A DNA stretch of 64,000 nt from the human T2T-CHM13v2.0 reference genome, Homo sapiens: the NCBI RefSeq assembly GCF_009914755.1, contig NC_060937.1. The stretch is one strand, 5' to 3'. The position numbers and the translations under genes are program-made. Of this stretch, positions 1-13,200 are shown piece after piece (the stretch's first letter is position 1; every line of letters starts with the position of its first letter). The notes under the pieces are model-generated. The model did no database searches. It saw only the letters and a program-made list of their open reading frames with translations, and was not told where the DNA came from.

Positions 1-96
1 GTCATGTTCTTGATGTTCTTGAGTGAGCTGTCTCATGTTATTAGAAAGGAAACAGCAGCACCTTGTGGACAAACAAAGAAAGTGAATGAATTTTTA

Positions 97-385
97 GGAC
101 CCGGTGCGGTGGTTCAGGCCTGTAATCCCAGCACTTTGGGAGACTTGGGTGGAGGGTAACTTGAGCCCAAGAGTTCAAGACCAGCCTAGGCAACACAGTG
201 ACACGCCGATCTTTACCAAAAATTGAAAAATTTGCTGGGCTTGGTGGCTCATATCTCAGGTCCCAGCTTCTTGTAAGGCTGAGGTGGGAGGATCGCTTAA
301 GCCCAGGAGGTCAAGGCTGCAGTGACTGTGATCATACCACTGCATTCCAGCCTGGGTGACACAGCAAGACCCTATTTCAAAAAAG
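97..385 (+). mobile_element. Alu (J-like)
   Basis: Dimeric Alu (tgtaatcccagcactttggga...cagcctgggtgac) with A tail. Confidence 0.92.
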
Positions 386-447
386 GTATATTTATGTGGC
401 ACTTTCTACAAGGAATATAGTATCATGTTTGTATTTAAATGACATCA

Positions 448-753
448 GGACCAGCATGGTGGCTTACACATGTAATCTCAGCTCCTCAGATGGTGGAAGG
501 CAGGAGGATTGCTTGAGGCCAGGAGTTGGAAGACCAGCCTGGGCAGCATAATGAAACCCCCATTTCTACAAAAATAATAATAGTAATCAAAAGCTAGGCG
601 TGCTGGCACACACCTGCAGACCTAGCTGCTGTGGAGGCTGAGTGGAAGGATAACATTGAGCTCAGGAGTTTGATTGTATTGTGTATTGTGAGGTACGATC
701 TAGCCACTCCACTCCAGACAACACGGCAAGACCCAGTCTCTAAACAAAATAAA
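448..753 (+). mobile_element. Alu (J-like, diverged)
   Basis: ggtggcttacacatgtaatctcag...gaccagcctgggc...cactccagac. Confidence 0.88.
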
Positions 754-1169
754 GGGACATCAGAGTATTGTTTATAGAGATTTGTAAATGATCCCAAAAT
801 ATCTTCAGAGAGATAAATCATCTAAGTATAGCTATATCGACTCTTCCTAAATTCTAAATTTGTGTGGGAACAATAAATGAGATAGAAGACTTCTTGAAAT
901 GTATCAAGACTCAGAAAGACAAAACAAAAACTTTCATTAGGCAGTATCAAGAATGTTCATTAATGCTATTTCTAATTTATGATACGATCATCTAAAGAGG
1001 AAATCCCAGCAACAAGGGGCCAAAGGAAAGGGAAAAGAAATGAAAACAAGGACCATACTTTCTCCACATCCAACCTCTTCTCTACCACCTCTCAGCAAGA
1101 CCTCCCACACCCAATCACTGCTTTTTCTTGCGGACTTACCCTCTACTCTGTGAACACATGAGCCAGAGA

Positions 1170-1630
1170 ACCCTGAGAAGTCCCTGAGTCCCTTCCAGGG
1201 GCTCTGCAAGGTCAAAAGTCTTTTCATAAAAATACACAGGTTTTGTTTACCTTTTCCACTTTCCTTGTCTCTCAAGTATAATTGGAGTTTCCCAGAAGCT
1301 ACCTGACATGTGATGTCAAAAGAAATTAAATGTAGAAGTAGAAAGGAGAACAAGTTTTCTTCTATTAAACCAGACATTAAAGACATACCTAAAAATATAA
1401 AACAATGTCACTGTTCTCACAAACTTTATTGCTTAAAAATGATAATTTTAAATAAAAATGTGATTTATGTAAACATATAAGTATATATTTTTTAATTTCT
1501 CAGTTTTAATGTTTACTATGATAAATATAGATAGACATAATCCAAATAAATAAAAGCTCTTTGGGGTCCTCAATAACTTTTAAAAATGTAAAGTGTTCCT
1601 GACACCAAAAATTTGAGGACTGATGAGCTA
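1170..1630 (+). mobile_element. hAT-Charlie DNA transposon remnant
   Basis: Charlie-like 3' end aaaagctctttggggtcctcaataac...accaaaaatttgag and a transposase-tail-like SSIKPDIK peptide. Confidence 0.55.
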
Positions 1631-2483
1631 AATCTCATACCCTTTGTTGTAGCTTCCACCCAGGTCATTTCTTAAATACTTGATCAATAATTTCCCCATG
1701 TCCCTCACCCTATCCTTGTTGCAAAATTCCATTTTCCTACTCCAGCCCTCCCTGTCATGGGAAAGTTCCCAGGTTGTAGACATGATTTACTAAATCTTTC
1801 TTAACAGCTTTATCATGATAACATGACATATACAAATTGTGTAAATTTAAGGTAACTTAATGTTTTGATATTTCTATACTTTTTGAAACGATCACCACAA
1901 TCAAGCAAATTAGCATATTATCTCTACATATTTACCATTGTGTGTGTGTTGACAGTAATTAATTTATGATCTAGTCCTTTAGCAGAACACAAGAATATGA
2001 TACAGTGTTGTTCCACGTTGTACATTATATCTCCAGAAATTATTATAACTTGAACATTGCACAATTTAATTAACATCACCCCATTTCCCCTCCCTGAGCC
2101 CCTGGCAACCACTGTCTTATTCTCTGTTTTTATAAATTTGACTGTCGTAGATTCCACATGTAAGTGAGATCATGAAGTATTTGTCTCTGTGTCTTGCATT
2201 TTTGCTTGGCGCAATATCTTCCAGCTCCATCCATGTTTTCACAAATAGAAGGATTTCCTTCTTTTTTAAGGGTGTATAATATTTCATTTTATGTATACAC
2301 GTCACATTTTCTTTACCCATTCATCTGTTCCTCTGACAAAGGACCTTTAGGTTATTTTCCTATTTTGGTCATTGTGTGTCATGCCGCAATGAACAGAGGA
2401 TGACAGACACCTCTCTAAGACTCTTATGTCAATTTCACTGGACATATATCCAGAAGTGAAATTGTTGCATTATGTGGTAGTTC

Positions 2484-2761
2484 TTTTTTTCATTTTTGAA
2501 ACCAGGTCTCACTCTGCTATCCTGGGTAAAGTCCAGTGGCAAGATCATAGCTCACTGCAGCCTTGATCTCCTGGGCTCAAGCGATCCTCCTACCTCAGCC
2601 TCCTGAGTAGCTGGGACTACAGGTGTACAACACCATGTCTGGCTAATTTTATTTCTGAGATGGCGTCTTGCTATGTTACCCAGGCTGGTCTGGAGCTCCT
2701 GGCCTCCTGCCTTGGCTTCCCCAAATCCTGGGATTACAGGTGTGAGCCATCACACCAGGCC
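2484..2761 (-). mobile_element. Alu (J-like) inserted in L1
   Basis: polyT then antisense Alu ending gggattacaggtgtgagcc. Confidence 0.9.
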
Positions 2762-4053
2762 AGTGCTATTTTCAATTTTTTTTGGAGGAACCTCAATACT
2801 GTTTTCTGTGTTTTACTAATTTGCATTCCCATCAATAGTGTATAATGGTTTCCTTTTCTTCACATTCTTACCAACACTTATCTTTTCTCTTTTTGATAAT
2901 AGCCATTTTAACAGGTGTGACTTGATATCTCATTGTGGTTTTGATTTGCATTACTCTGAAGTTTAGAGATGTTGAGCACATTTTCTTATACCTATTAGCC
3001 ATTTGAATTTCTTCTTTGGAGATGTATTTATTTAGGTTCTTTGCCTTAAAATAAAATTAGGTTATTCATAATTTTGGAATTGATGTGTATGTATCCTTCT
3101 TATTTTTTGAACTCCTTATAAGAGATATGGTTTACAAACATTTTCCCCATTTCATAGGTTGCCTTATCATTTCATTAGTTGTTTTCTTTGCTGTGCAAAA
3201 GCATTTTAATTCGATGTATTTCATTTTTCTATTTTGCCTTTGTTGTCTGTGCTTTTGTCATCATATCTAAACAAATTATTGCCAAGACCAATGTCAAGAA
3301 TGTTTTCTCCTGTCTTCTTCCAGGAGTTTTGTTTCAGTGATTACATTTAAACGTTTAATCCATTTTGAGTTAATTTTTACATAAGGCGTGAGCTAGGGAT
3401 CCGATTTCATTCTTTTACATGTAGACATCCAGCTTTCCTAACACCATTTGGTCAAGAGCATATCCTCTGCATATAGTGTCTCCTTGTCACCTTCCAGGGT
3501 GATCAATTGCTGCAAATGTGTGGGTTATGCCTAGGTTCTCTATTTTGTTTCACTGGTTTATGTGTCTGTTTTTATGACAATACCACAGTGTTTTTCTTTC
3601 TACAGCTTTGTAATTTAATCTGAAGTCAGGAAGTGTGATACCTGTAGCTTTGTTCTTGCTCAAAGTAGCTTCAGCCACTCAGGGATTTTTGTGATTCTAT
3701 AAGAATTTTGGGATTTTTTTTCTATTTCTGTGAGAGATACCATTGGGATTTTGATATGGATTACATTAAATGTGTAGATTGCTTTGAGTAATATGGACAC
3801 TTTAATAATACATTACTAACTCTTTCAATCCATGGGTTGTCTTTCAATTTACTTTGGTTTAAATTTCTGTCATCAATATTTTATAATTTGTAGTGTTTAA
3901 GTCTTTCACTTCTTTGGTTAGTTAGTTCCAAAGTAGTTTATTTGATACTGTTTTTTAAATTTCCCTTTCAGACAATTCATTGTTAGTGTTTAGAAATAGC
4001 AGTGATTTTTGTATGTCAATTGTGTATCCTACAACTTTAGTAAATTTATTATA

Positions 4054-4278
4054 TAGTCAGTCCTTCATATCAATGGGTTCTGCAACCATGAACTCAATCA
4101 ACCAAGAACTTAACTTGTACATAATTTCCATCTGTGGTGGTTTGAATCCACAGATGTTGACCCATGGATACATAGGGCCAGCTGTACACGATTTTATGTG
4201 AGGGAATTGATCATCACAGATTTTGTTATCTGAGGGGTTCCTGAAACAAATCCCCAGCAGATATGAAAGGCTGACTAT
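4054..4278. mobile_element. TcMar-Tigger MITE (MER2/MER8-like)
   Basis: Terminal inverted repeats tagtcagtccttcatatc ... gatatgaaaggctgacta. Confidence 0.75.
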
Positions 4279-7200
4279 TATTTCTAACCATTTTCTGTGG
4301 AGTCTTTAGAGTTTTCAATGTATAATAATCATGTCTTCTGTTAACAGAGGTATCTACATCTTTCCTTTCAATTTTGATGCCTTTTATTTCTCTTGCCTGA
4401 TTGCTCTGGCTAGGACTTCCAGTACTATGGTGAATAGGAGTGATGAGAATAGACATCCTTGTCTTGTTCCAGATATTAAACAAAAAGCTTTCAGTTTTTC
4501 CCCATTGATTATAATATTAGATATAGGTTTTTCATATACAGCCTTTATAGTGTTGAAGTAAGTTTCTTGTATACTTATTTTGCTGAGAGTTTTATCATGA
4601 AAGTATATTGAATTTTGTCAAATGTGTTTTCTGCATCTATTGGAATGTTATTTTTGTCTTTCATTCTGTTAATGTGGTATATCACATTATTAATTTTTAC
4701 ACATTGAAACATCCTTGTAACCCATAGATAAATTACAATTGGTCATGGTGTATGACCTTTTCAATGTGCTTTTGAATTCAGTTTGCTAGTTTGTATTTTA
4801 TTGAGAATTTTTGCATCTATATTCATTAAGGATACTGGTCTGTAATTATTTTTTCTTGTGTTGTCTTCGTCTAGCTTTTAAGTCATGGTAACATTGGCCT
4901 CATGAAATGAGTTTGAGAGTATTCTCTCTTCTATTTTTTCTGAAAAGTTTTAGAAATTTTGGTATTAGTTCTTCTTTGAATATTTGGTAGAAGTTGCCCA
5001 TGAAAACATCTGCACCTGGGCTTTTCTTTGTTGGGAATTTTTGATTACTGGTTAAATCTCTTTGCTTGCTTTTGGTCTGCTCTATTTATTTTTTGTTCCA
5101 CCTTGGTAGATTACATATTTCTAAGAATTTATCCATTTCTTCTAGGTTATCCAATTTATTGGCATATAATTGCTTAATTGTCCTTTATAATCATTTGTAT
5201 TCCTGTACATTTGATATAATGTCTCCATTTTCATTCCTGATTATATTTACTTGAGTTTCTCTTTTTTTCTTAGTGTAGCTAAGGGTTTGTTATTTTTGTT
5301 TGTATTACCAAAAATTCAACTCTAGCTTTGTTGATTTTTCTATTGTTTTTTATTTTATAGTTATTTTATTTATATTCTAATCTTTATTATTTAATTCATT
5401 ATGCCAACTTTGGGTTTAGTTAGTTTTTCTTTTTCTAATTGTTTATTTGTAAAGTTAGGTTGTTCGAGTGAGATCTTTCTTATTTTTTAATGTAGTTATT
5501 TATCACTGTAACATTTCTCCCTTAGCACTTCTTTTGCTGCATCCTGTAGTTTTGTGGAGTTGTATGTTCATTTTTGTTTGTCTCAAGATATTTTTAAAAT
5601 TCCCTTTTGATTTCTTCTTTTACCCAATGGTGGTTCAAGAGTGTGTTGTTTAGTTTCTGCATTTTTGTAAATGTTTCTGTTTTCTTTGTTATTGACTTCT
5701 AATTTTATTCCATTGTGGTCTGAGAAGATACTTGGCATTATATTAAACTTCTTAAATTTGTAGGATGCCTTGTGACCTAAGATTGATCTATCTCAGAGAA
5801 TATTCTGAGTGCACTTGAGAAAAATGTATATTCTGCTGCTGTTGGATGGAAAGTTCTGTATATGTCAGTGTTGAATCTACAGTGTTGTTCAAGTCAGCTG
5901 TTTCCTCTTTTTTTATTCCTGCCTAGATGTTCTATCTATTATTGAATTTGGGGTACTGAAGTTGGCTACTATTATTTTAGTGTTACTGATTTCTCCCCTT
6001 AGCTTTGCTGATATTAACTTTATATATTTAGGTGTTCTAATGTTGACTGGATATATATTTACAATCTTCCCTTTGAACTGAACTTTTATCATTATATAGT
6101 GACCTTCTTAGTCTCTAATGACAGTTTTTTATTTCAAGTCTATTTTTTCTGATCTAAGTATAGATACCCTTGCTCTTTTTTGGTTACCATTTGCGTAGAG
6201 TATTTTTTCCCATCCCTTCACTTTCAGCCTCTATGTATCTTTATATCTAAAGTGACTCCCTTATAAATATGTACTGATGAGTATCTTTTATGCATTGTGC
6301 CACTCTATGTCTTTTAATTAGATAGTTTAATCCTTTCACATTTAAAGTCATTGTTGATAGGTAAGGAGTAACTTGCATTTTGTTAATTGTTTTTCATATG
6401 TTTTGCAGTTCTTTTTTTTTTTTTTTCCTCTCTTGCTGTCTTCTTAGTTTTGGTTATTTCTTGTAGTGGTTTGGTTTCATTTATTTTTCTTCACATTTTG
6501 TGCATCTCCTATAAGTTTTGAATTTGTGGTTGCAAATGTACATCTTCTATAGAAAGCTGTATTAATGTTATCAGCTTTTTTGGAATCATTCTCTTTCTCT
6601 TCCCTCTTCAGACATATACGCAAATACTCTGTTTTTCAAGACACGAGTAAATAGGGCTCTGGTTAGAAATTTATCAATATGAAAAAAGAGATCCTCTGAG
6701 TATTTTGATAAGTTAGAAAATAATGATAGACTGCAGTAGAATTTCATGTATTTCAACTTCTGTCATCTATGTTACTCTACAATATATTTTCTGTGTGTAT
6801 TAGTCAATGTTATATATTTACAAGGTAAATCCATAAAGCATACATTCTAGAATGCCCTAACTTATGTTCTTAAGAGATATGCTCCTTATAGCCTTCTTGG
6901 CACTCCTGAAGTGTCAAATATTTCCATTGAAGAAGGTTGCATATGGCTTCTGAGATGAAGTCTAGACAGGTTAGGATTATTTTTTGCTCCTTTTGCCCAC
7001 ACAGCACCCACTGTCCCCTCCCTTTGTTATTAGCCATTATCTGGTACCCTAGATGAAGCCATCTTCTGTCCTTCAGTTTTGACGTGGGGGCTGATTTCAC
7101 CCCCAGTTTCAGGAATAAGCGCAGGACAGCTACTAACAAGTATGTTGTTCACTCAAGGAAGAAACCCAGCTAAGGGAGAAAGGGGGGCTGAAATCCAGCC

Positions 7201-7329
7201 TACATGCTCTTCTCCAAGCCACATGCCCCGATACAGGGCTGCATCTAACTGGAGAAAGGGGAGCCATTTTCTAATACTTGCAAAGACACTGTGTGGACAG
7301 TGGAAACCCTGTATGAGCTCGTGACACAG

Positions 7330-7725
7330 GCCTGGCCAATGAATATACTTCTAATCCTGGCACAGATGAAACTAGAGATGGACATGAAATCCAAGCCTCA
7401 CACCCAAAGTCAATCTCTAGTCTCTTATTGAAACTATTAGAAGTGTTTCTGTTTTTGCTTTATTCTGGGGCTGTGGAACTAAGGAAATGTACACTGCAGG
7501 AGTGATGATGGCCACATTGCAGCACAAAGGGAAAACTTGTCTGAGAATAAAATCAATGAGGAAGAAAAAAGCAAGGAAGAGGAGAAGAGCCAAGCCCTGA
7601 GTCCCTACGTTCAGCCATTCTGAAGCTATACCCTGGATTTTTCCATTATACGAGTCCACAAATTAATATTTTTTTTGGCTTAGACCAGTTTGAGTTTGAA
7701 TTCTATTATTTATAACCAAAGGAGT
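7330..7725 (+). mobile_element. Old MaLR LTR (MLT1-like)
   Basis: 3' end motif ttttttggcttagaccagtttgagtttgaattctattatttataaccaaa. Confidence 0.55.
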
Positions 7726-9197
7726 CCTACCATATTATCTTAGCCGGATTTTCATAAACACGGTACATGTTGATCAACAAACTTCCTAAATGTTTCACGT
7801 TCACTCCAAAGAGGGAGGGGGAAAAATAAAGAAGAGGAAGAAAATGATTACTTATCATCCACAGTAGTCAAGGAAGCTGCAGAAGCATCAAGCAAAAGCA
7901 GCAGAAGTTAGCTTTGTACTCCTACAAACACTGCTCTGAAGTACTCCGCCTAGTGGGCCACATCAGAAACTGCATTTCTAAAATCTTTAAAAAGACAGAA
8001 AAGGAATCACCACTTACCCTGGGAACCCTAACAGAGGAGTAGACCACATAGGAATATGTCCCATTGGTTTGAGGTCGATAAGTCAATTTTCAAAGCTTTA
8101 GTAATTCCAGAAACAAGAACATATTTATTTTACTTTGATCACACAATGCCTAGTTATATTAAAAGTAAGGAGACATTCAATAAATACCTTTTATGGAAAT
8201 AAAAACAGACAATTTAGGAGAAAATTAACTATCAATGCATTATTTTCAAAGGTAAAGAAAAAAGAAATTATTCTGAACACACAAAACTATTTTATCAAAT
8301 ATCATGGTAAATTATCATTATATACTAAGTCACTTAATAAATTTCCAGAGATAATTGGAAACAGTTTCCAGAATAGATTTTGTTTCATCCCAGGAAGAAG
8401 TTTCACAAAAAGTTAGTTACTTATCTCCATTGTTACTAGTACCAAACTAATCCTATGATTCTGAGTCAAATTACAAATAACGTCCACACTTTTCTCCAGT
8501 GAGATCAGAGGAGATGCCTAAGTCGAGTGTGTTTTAATGTGAGGGCATAATTGGTTTATATTTTTCACTGAAAATAACAAATTCTAGACAACTTAAGCAA
8601 AACAGGAATTCAATGAAAGGATATTGAATAGTTCACAAAATCATTGAAGATGCTGGAGAAGCAAGGTAAGAACTGAGGGAAACTCAGCACAGCCAAGTTC
8701 ATTCGACGAAAGCAGATCTTGGGATGCCACCACTAGGATGTTGTCATTTGTCACTTGTCACCATGTAGCTGGGCTCTGCTGAACCTAGGCATTTGCTGCC
8801 ACATTCCTGGTCCTGCATCTCTGCTCAATTTCTCAGAATCATCTCTGATTCTTTCAGGTCTTTTGCATCATTTCATCGGGCTCCAAGTTCTAATAAAGAG
8901 CCATCAGTTGGCTGGGCCTAGATATGTGCCCACACGTGAGTGGCCAAGAAACTGGAAAAAGGATCATGCACTCCCTTTCAGCTTTTGTAATGGAAGGTGG
9001 GGCCTGTCCTCATATTTTGCTTGGGGTTCAAAAAACTAGGAAGGGTGTTTTGTTGAAATGAAACCCAAAACTATAGCTATCCATTTATAGCACCTTATTT
9101 GTACAGGAAGAAACCATGAGACAAAACGTATAAAAGTGCATGGGAGGTCTAAACATATGAGGGGGTTTTTGAGGAGAGAAAGATCATACTTGATTGG

Positions 9198-9583
9198 TGC
9201 TGTGGTTTCACTGTGACTCCTCCGAGATTCAGCGTTGACAATGTGAGAGTGTTGAGGTGGAGCCTGCAGGAAGTGATGAGGCCATCAGGAATCCTACATC
9301 AGGAATGGGTTTAGGAGCCCTCATGAAAGAGCTCCATGGAGGGAGTTCATCCCTCTTGCTCTCCCGCCTTCCACATGTGAGGAAACAGTGTTCCTTGTCT
9401 CTGGAAGATGCAGCATCAAGACACCATCTTGAACGGAGAGAACAGCCCTTACCAGACATCAGACCTGCCAACGCCTTGATCTTGGACTTCTTAGTCTCCA
9501 GAATTGTGACAGATAAACGTCTGGTTTTCATAAATTGCCTAGTCTGTGTTATTTTGTTATAAGAGCATAAATTGACTAAGACA
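9198..9583 (+). mobile_element. MaLR LTR (MSTD/MLT1A-like)
   Basis: gccttgatcttggacttc...tattttgttata...gactaagaca terminus. Confidence 0.8.
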
Positions 9584-9902
9584 ATTGGAGATTAGAAAAA
9601 GTTTTTTGAAGTGGCATTTGAGAAGGGCTTGATAGATAAGATCTCTACAAATAGAAATAGAGAGATGGTTTCAAATCACCCAGGTGAAAGGAATAACATA
9701 GCCATGTTCAGTCTGAATGCAAAATGGAGATGGTAAAAAGTACATAGGATTCCACCACCAGTGGGAGGACAGAATTGTAATGTGGCAGCAATCTGTAAAT
9801 ATAATATTTATCACTCATTCACATTTATTTAGAGTCTAATGTGTTCTAGGCTCTGAAATTAAGCAAAGAAAATCTAGATATGCATAAGTCCAAGACTGCC
9901 TT

Positions 9903-10385
9903 TGTGACAGTCAAAATAATTACCCCATGAATATGTTCTAGTCCCTGGAATCTGTGACCATATTACTTTACATGAGGCAAAAGAGACTTTGGAGATGTGA
10001 TTAACCCTTGTGTTAGGGGGATTATCCTTGATTATCTTGAGGGCCAATCTAATTGCATGTGTCTATAAAATAAGAGAATCTTTCCTAGCTACAGTCAGAA
10101 GGTGATATGACTACAGAACAATGGTCACAGACATCCCACATTACTGGCTTTGAAGATGGAGGGATTGTCCCATGATCCAAGGAATAGGGACAGCATCTAA
10201 AAGTTGGAAAAGGAAATGGATTCTCTCTAGAGCCTCCAGAAAGCAATACAGCCCTGACAACACCTTCACTTAAGTCCAGTAAGACCACGGTCAGAGGTTT
10301 GCCCTACAGAACTATAGGGTCATAAGTCTTTGATTTAAGCCACAAAATTGTGGTAATTTGTTATGGCAGCAATAGAAAATTAATT
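9903..10385 (+). mobile_element. MaLR LTR (MLT1D-like)
   Basis: ggctttgaagatggaggg...ggattctctctagagcctccag...tgtggtaatttgttatggcagcaatagaaaat. Confidence 0.8.
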
Positions 10386-11967
10386 TTAAGAACTTTATTA
10401 TTTGGAAGATAGGCAGACCAGAAAATCCAAATTATAATATAATTCGATTAAAACCTATGGGGATTTGCACTAGGTGTTTTAGAAAATAATTGAGTATTAA
10501 CAAGACTAACAGAAGAAATGTTCTAAAATTTATACACTAAGTACATCACATTTTTCTAATGATCACGTAGATAGAGCAACTTAGAATCCATGGTTTTAAC
10601 AAACCAACAGGCTTATATACATAAATATAAAAATATTATGTATATATATATAATATATAATATATGGAATAGCCCCCTGGGCACGGGCAGCCCTGGGTCA
10701 AAGGGCGGCACTGTACTAGCAGCCCACACCCCACCTCACCCGCCTACCCTGAGCTGACTTGTCTGCTAAATGCTAAATAAACCTGTCAACCTGTCTGGTT
10801 TAACTAAGAAGGGCCTCGATGCAACAAGCCTGAGGGCTGTGACTGGAGGAAGAGAGAGCACAGACGGAGCTCCTCCTCCTTCTGCCACTGCCCACCAACT
10901 GAAAACCACCAACTGAAGTTTGCTTAGATTCTCAGCCTACACCTTGCTCCCAACAAAACTCATGCAATACTTGGGCCCCCACTACAATCTCTGGAACAAA
11001 ATATTCTACGGATCTGCTTTTTGAGCTGCAACTTATCTTACTAAATTCCAAGAAGCTTAAGTAAGAGAAAACCACCAGATAATACAAGATTTTCAATGTG
11101 ATCATCATTGCTACTTTTAACTAGAAATTATCCAGTAAATGTATTGTGAACTGCTTTGTGACTATGCTGATTTATTTAGTCTTTCTGATCATTGGTTTGA
11201 TTATCTCCAATATATGAGTGTCACCAATTTTATAAAGTTGCTCTAAAAATTAAATGAAAGAAAAATAATCCTCCTTCTCCATATATTGAACACTTACAAA
11301 ATTATAGGCATTGTGTCCAGGTTTTTACATACTTACCTGAGAGAAGTCTCCTGACAAACCTGTCTTTTCAATTACAAGCATTTTGCCATGATTTTTACAC
11401 ATGTACGTTATAGAAGCCTCATAACAATCACATCTTTTATAGATCAGCAAACTGAGCCTCAGACGAGTTAAAAACACATTCACCATCAAATCATAATGAG
11501 GGATGGAACTGGGATTCAAATCCGGTTCTCTCTGATGCCAAAAATGGTGCAATTTAACGAGGACCAAGTTACACCCAGAACATGGAGGGATCAAAACATG
11601 TGGATTCCCTTTTCTGGCCTCTCATGTGGGAATTTCAATAGCTTTCACTGCCTCAGAGCAATCCTAAACTCCCTCCCAGGTTGCCTTGCAATGGCCCCCT
11701 TATTCGTGGGGATGATTAGGAATCTGCATTTTTGGACCACAAGCATCTATAAAGAGTTGTGTTGATCAAGAAATAAAATTTACTAGGTCATAGGTTACTG
11801 TGAATTGTCTAGCTTGTCTGTAAAAAAAAAAAGGGGCTATTCCATGTAAAAAAATCACAGAATCCACTGAATCTGTGCAGAAAGACATAGAACTATACAG
11901 CAGGAGCATCTTACAGACAGCTGCACCTGAAGACCAGCCGAAACACACAAAGCAAGAGCACCTCCAA

Positions 11968-12096
11968 TGACCAAGTGTGGTGGCTCTTGCCTGTCATCCC
12001 AGCAGTGTGGGAGGCCAAGGTGGGTGAATCACTTGAGGCCAGGGGCCTGAGACCAGCTTGGGCAACACAGTGAGACCTTATCCCTACAAAAAAAAT
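11968..12096 (+). mobile_element. Alu monomer (FLAM-like)
   Basis: ggaggccaaggtgggtgaatcacttgaggcc...gaccagcttgggcaacacagtgagacc plus A tail. Confidence 0.85.
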
Positions 12097-12449
12097 CATT
12101 TTTTATTATTAGAATCAAGAAGAGTACCTCTAAACCCTTGCTGTTGCTTTAGGGTAGAGAGCTCTGGTCTAGAACTCAAGTTATGAAACTGTGAGTCCCA
12201 GTGTAGCTACTTAAGTTTAAATACAAGAGCTGTCAGACATTTCCACTACAGCAACGAAATCTGTAGCATCCATTTTGTACTTTGAAAACTTAGTTTTTGG
12301 CCAGCCTCTAGGAAGAAGAAGAGGGTCCAGAACTGGGCATATGGGTAGGGATGGCAAAAGAAACCGGCTGGATGCAACAGGGAAAGACGAACGGATGGAG
12401 ACCCCAGGAAGAGCCAGTCCTCAGGCTTGGGGCCTGGGTCTAGGAAAGG

Positions 12450-13200
12450 AACTAGGTGAAGAAGGGAGGAGCCCCAGTCTGTGGATGTCTCTGGGGGAAC
12501 CTTGGTTCAGCAACGGCCAGAGAAGCTCCTGAGGCCAAGCGGTATCTGTCGCCTCCCTACCTTTGGGCGTCTTCTGGTCGCCAATGTGCTGCAGGTCATG
12601 GCTCCGGAATCAAATTGGGCTCAAATTGCTTGAGCTCCAACGCAGTGGAGCCTGGCCCTACTCCCACCTACACCTCGTGGATCTCAGAGCTGCAGGATGG
12701 CTCTGCCCACCACACCCTAAAATGGCCTCGCTTGGGGCTGGTATTGGGGGACAGCATGTTCTGGGAGTCTCTGCTGCTTTCTGCTGGTGCCTGTGCCTGT
12801 GCTGGCCGCCCACTCATAGATATCAAAGCCACAGGACGGCCCCGCAGAACCCCTCCGCTGGCCCTGCAGGGGGCTGGCTTTCGTGCACATGCGACTGGTC
12901 ATCATGGTCCCCCTGGGGCACCTCTGCTCTTCTCGAGGCAGCTTGGGCCTTCGCTTGCCCTCACGTCTGCAGAGCTGAGCACCTGCCCCCTCTCCCCAGG
13001 AAAGACAACCAAATGCCACCAACTTAAAGCACACACTGAAGGCCACCAACTGAAGGCCGGTTGCCCTGACAACCTGATGTGTCCTGCTTAGGAAGAACCA
13101 ATCAGGCCTTGAGTTCCTTCCACGCGCTGCCCTTCCATTTGTGACGTGGGAGTCCAGGCACTGGCTCACAAAGCCGCACCCCCAGTGACCCCGCCCCACC
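12450..13200 (-). promoter_or_regulatory. GC-rich island with GC box, CRE-like and CCAAT motifs; possible promoter/first exon of a minus-strand noncoding transcript
   Basis: CCCCGCCCC 13189-13197, TGACGT 13142-13147, CCAAT 13098-13102; minus-strand donor AAG|GTAGGG at 12560. Confidence 0.45.

Larger units (their letters stand above)
1795..6540 (-). mobile_element. Old L1 (L1MA/MB-type) 3' UTR plus ORF2 remnant, antisense
   Basis: T-rich antisense L1 motifs (tctcattgtggttttgatttgcatt; ggctaggacttccagtactatg; catcccttcactttcagcct); interrupted by Alu and MER2-type element. Confidence 0.9.

Noticed and set aside
7850-8110. Minus-strand donor (AGG|GTAAGT near 8017) and acceptor (near 7979) suggesting two exons
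   Set aside because: Implied intron is only ~40 nt and the translations contain stops with no recognisable homology
12456-13199. Overlapping 211, 154 and 160 aa ORFs
   Set aside because: Expected in GC-rich DNA; no recognisable domain, and open on both strands
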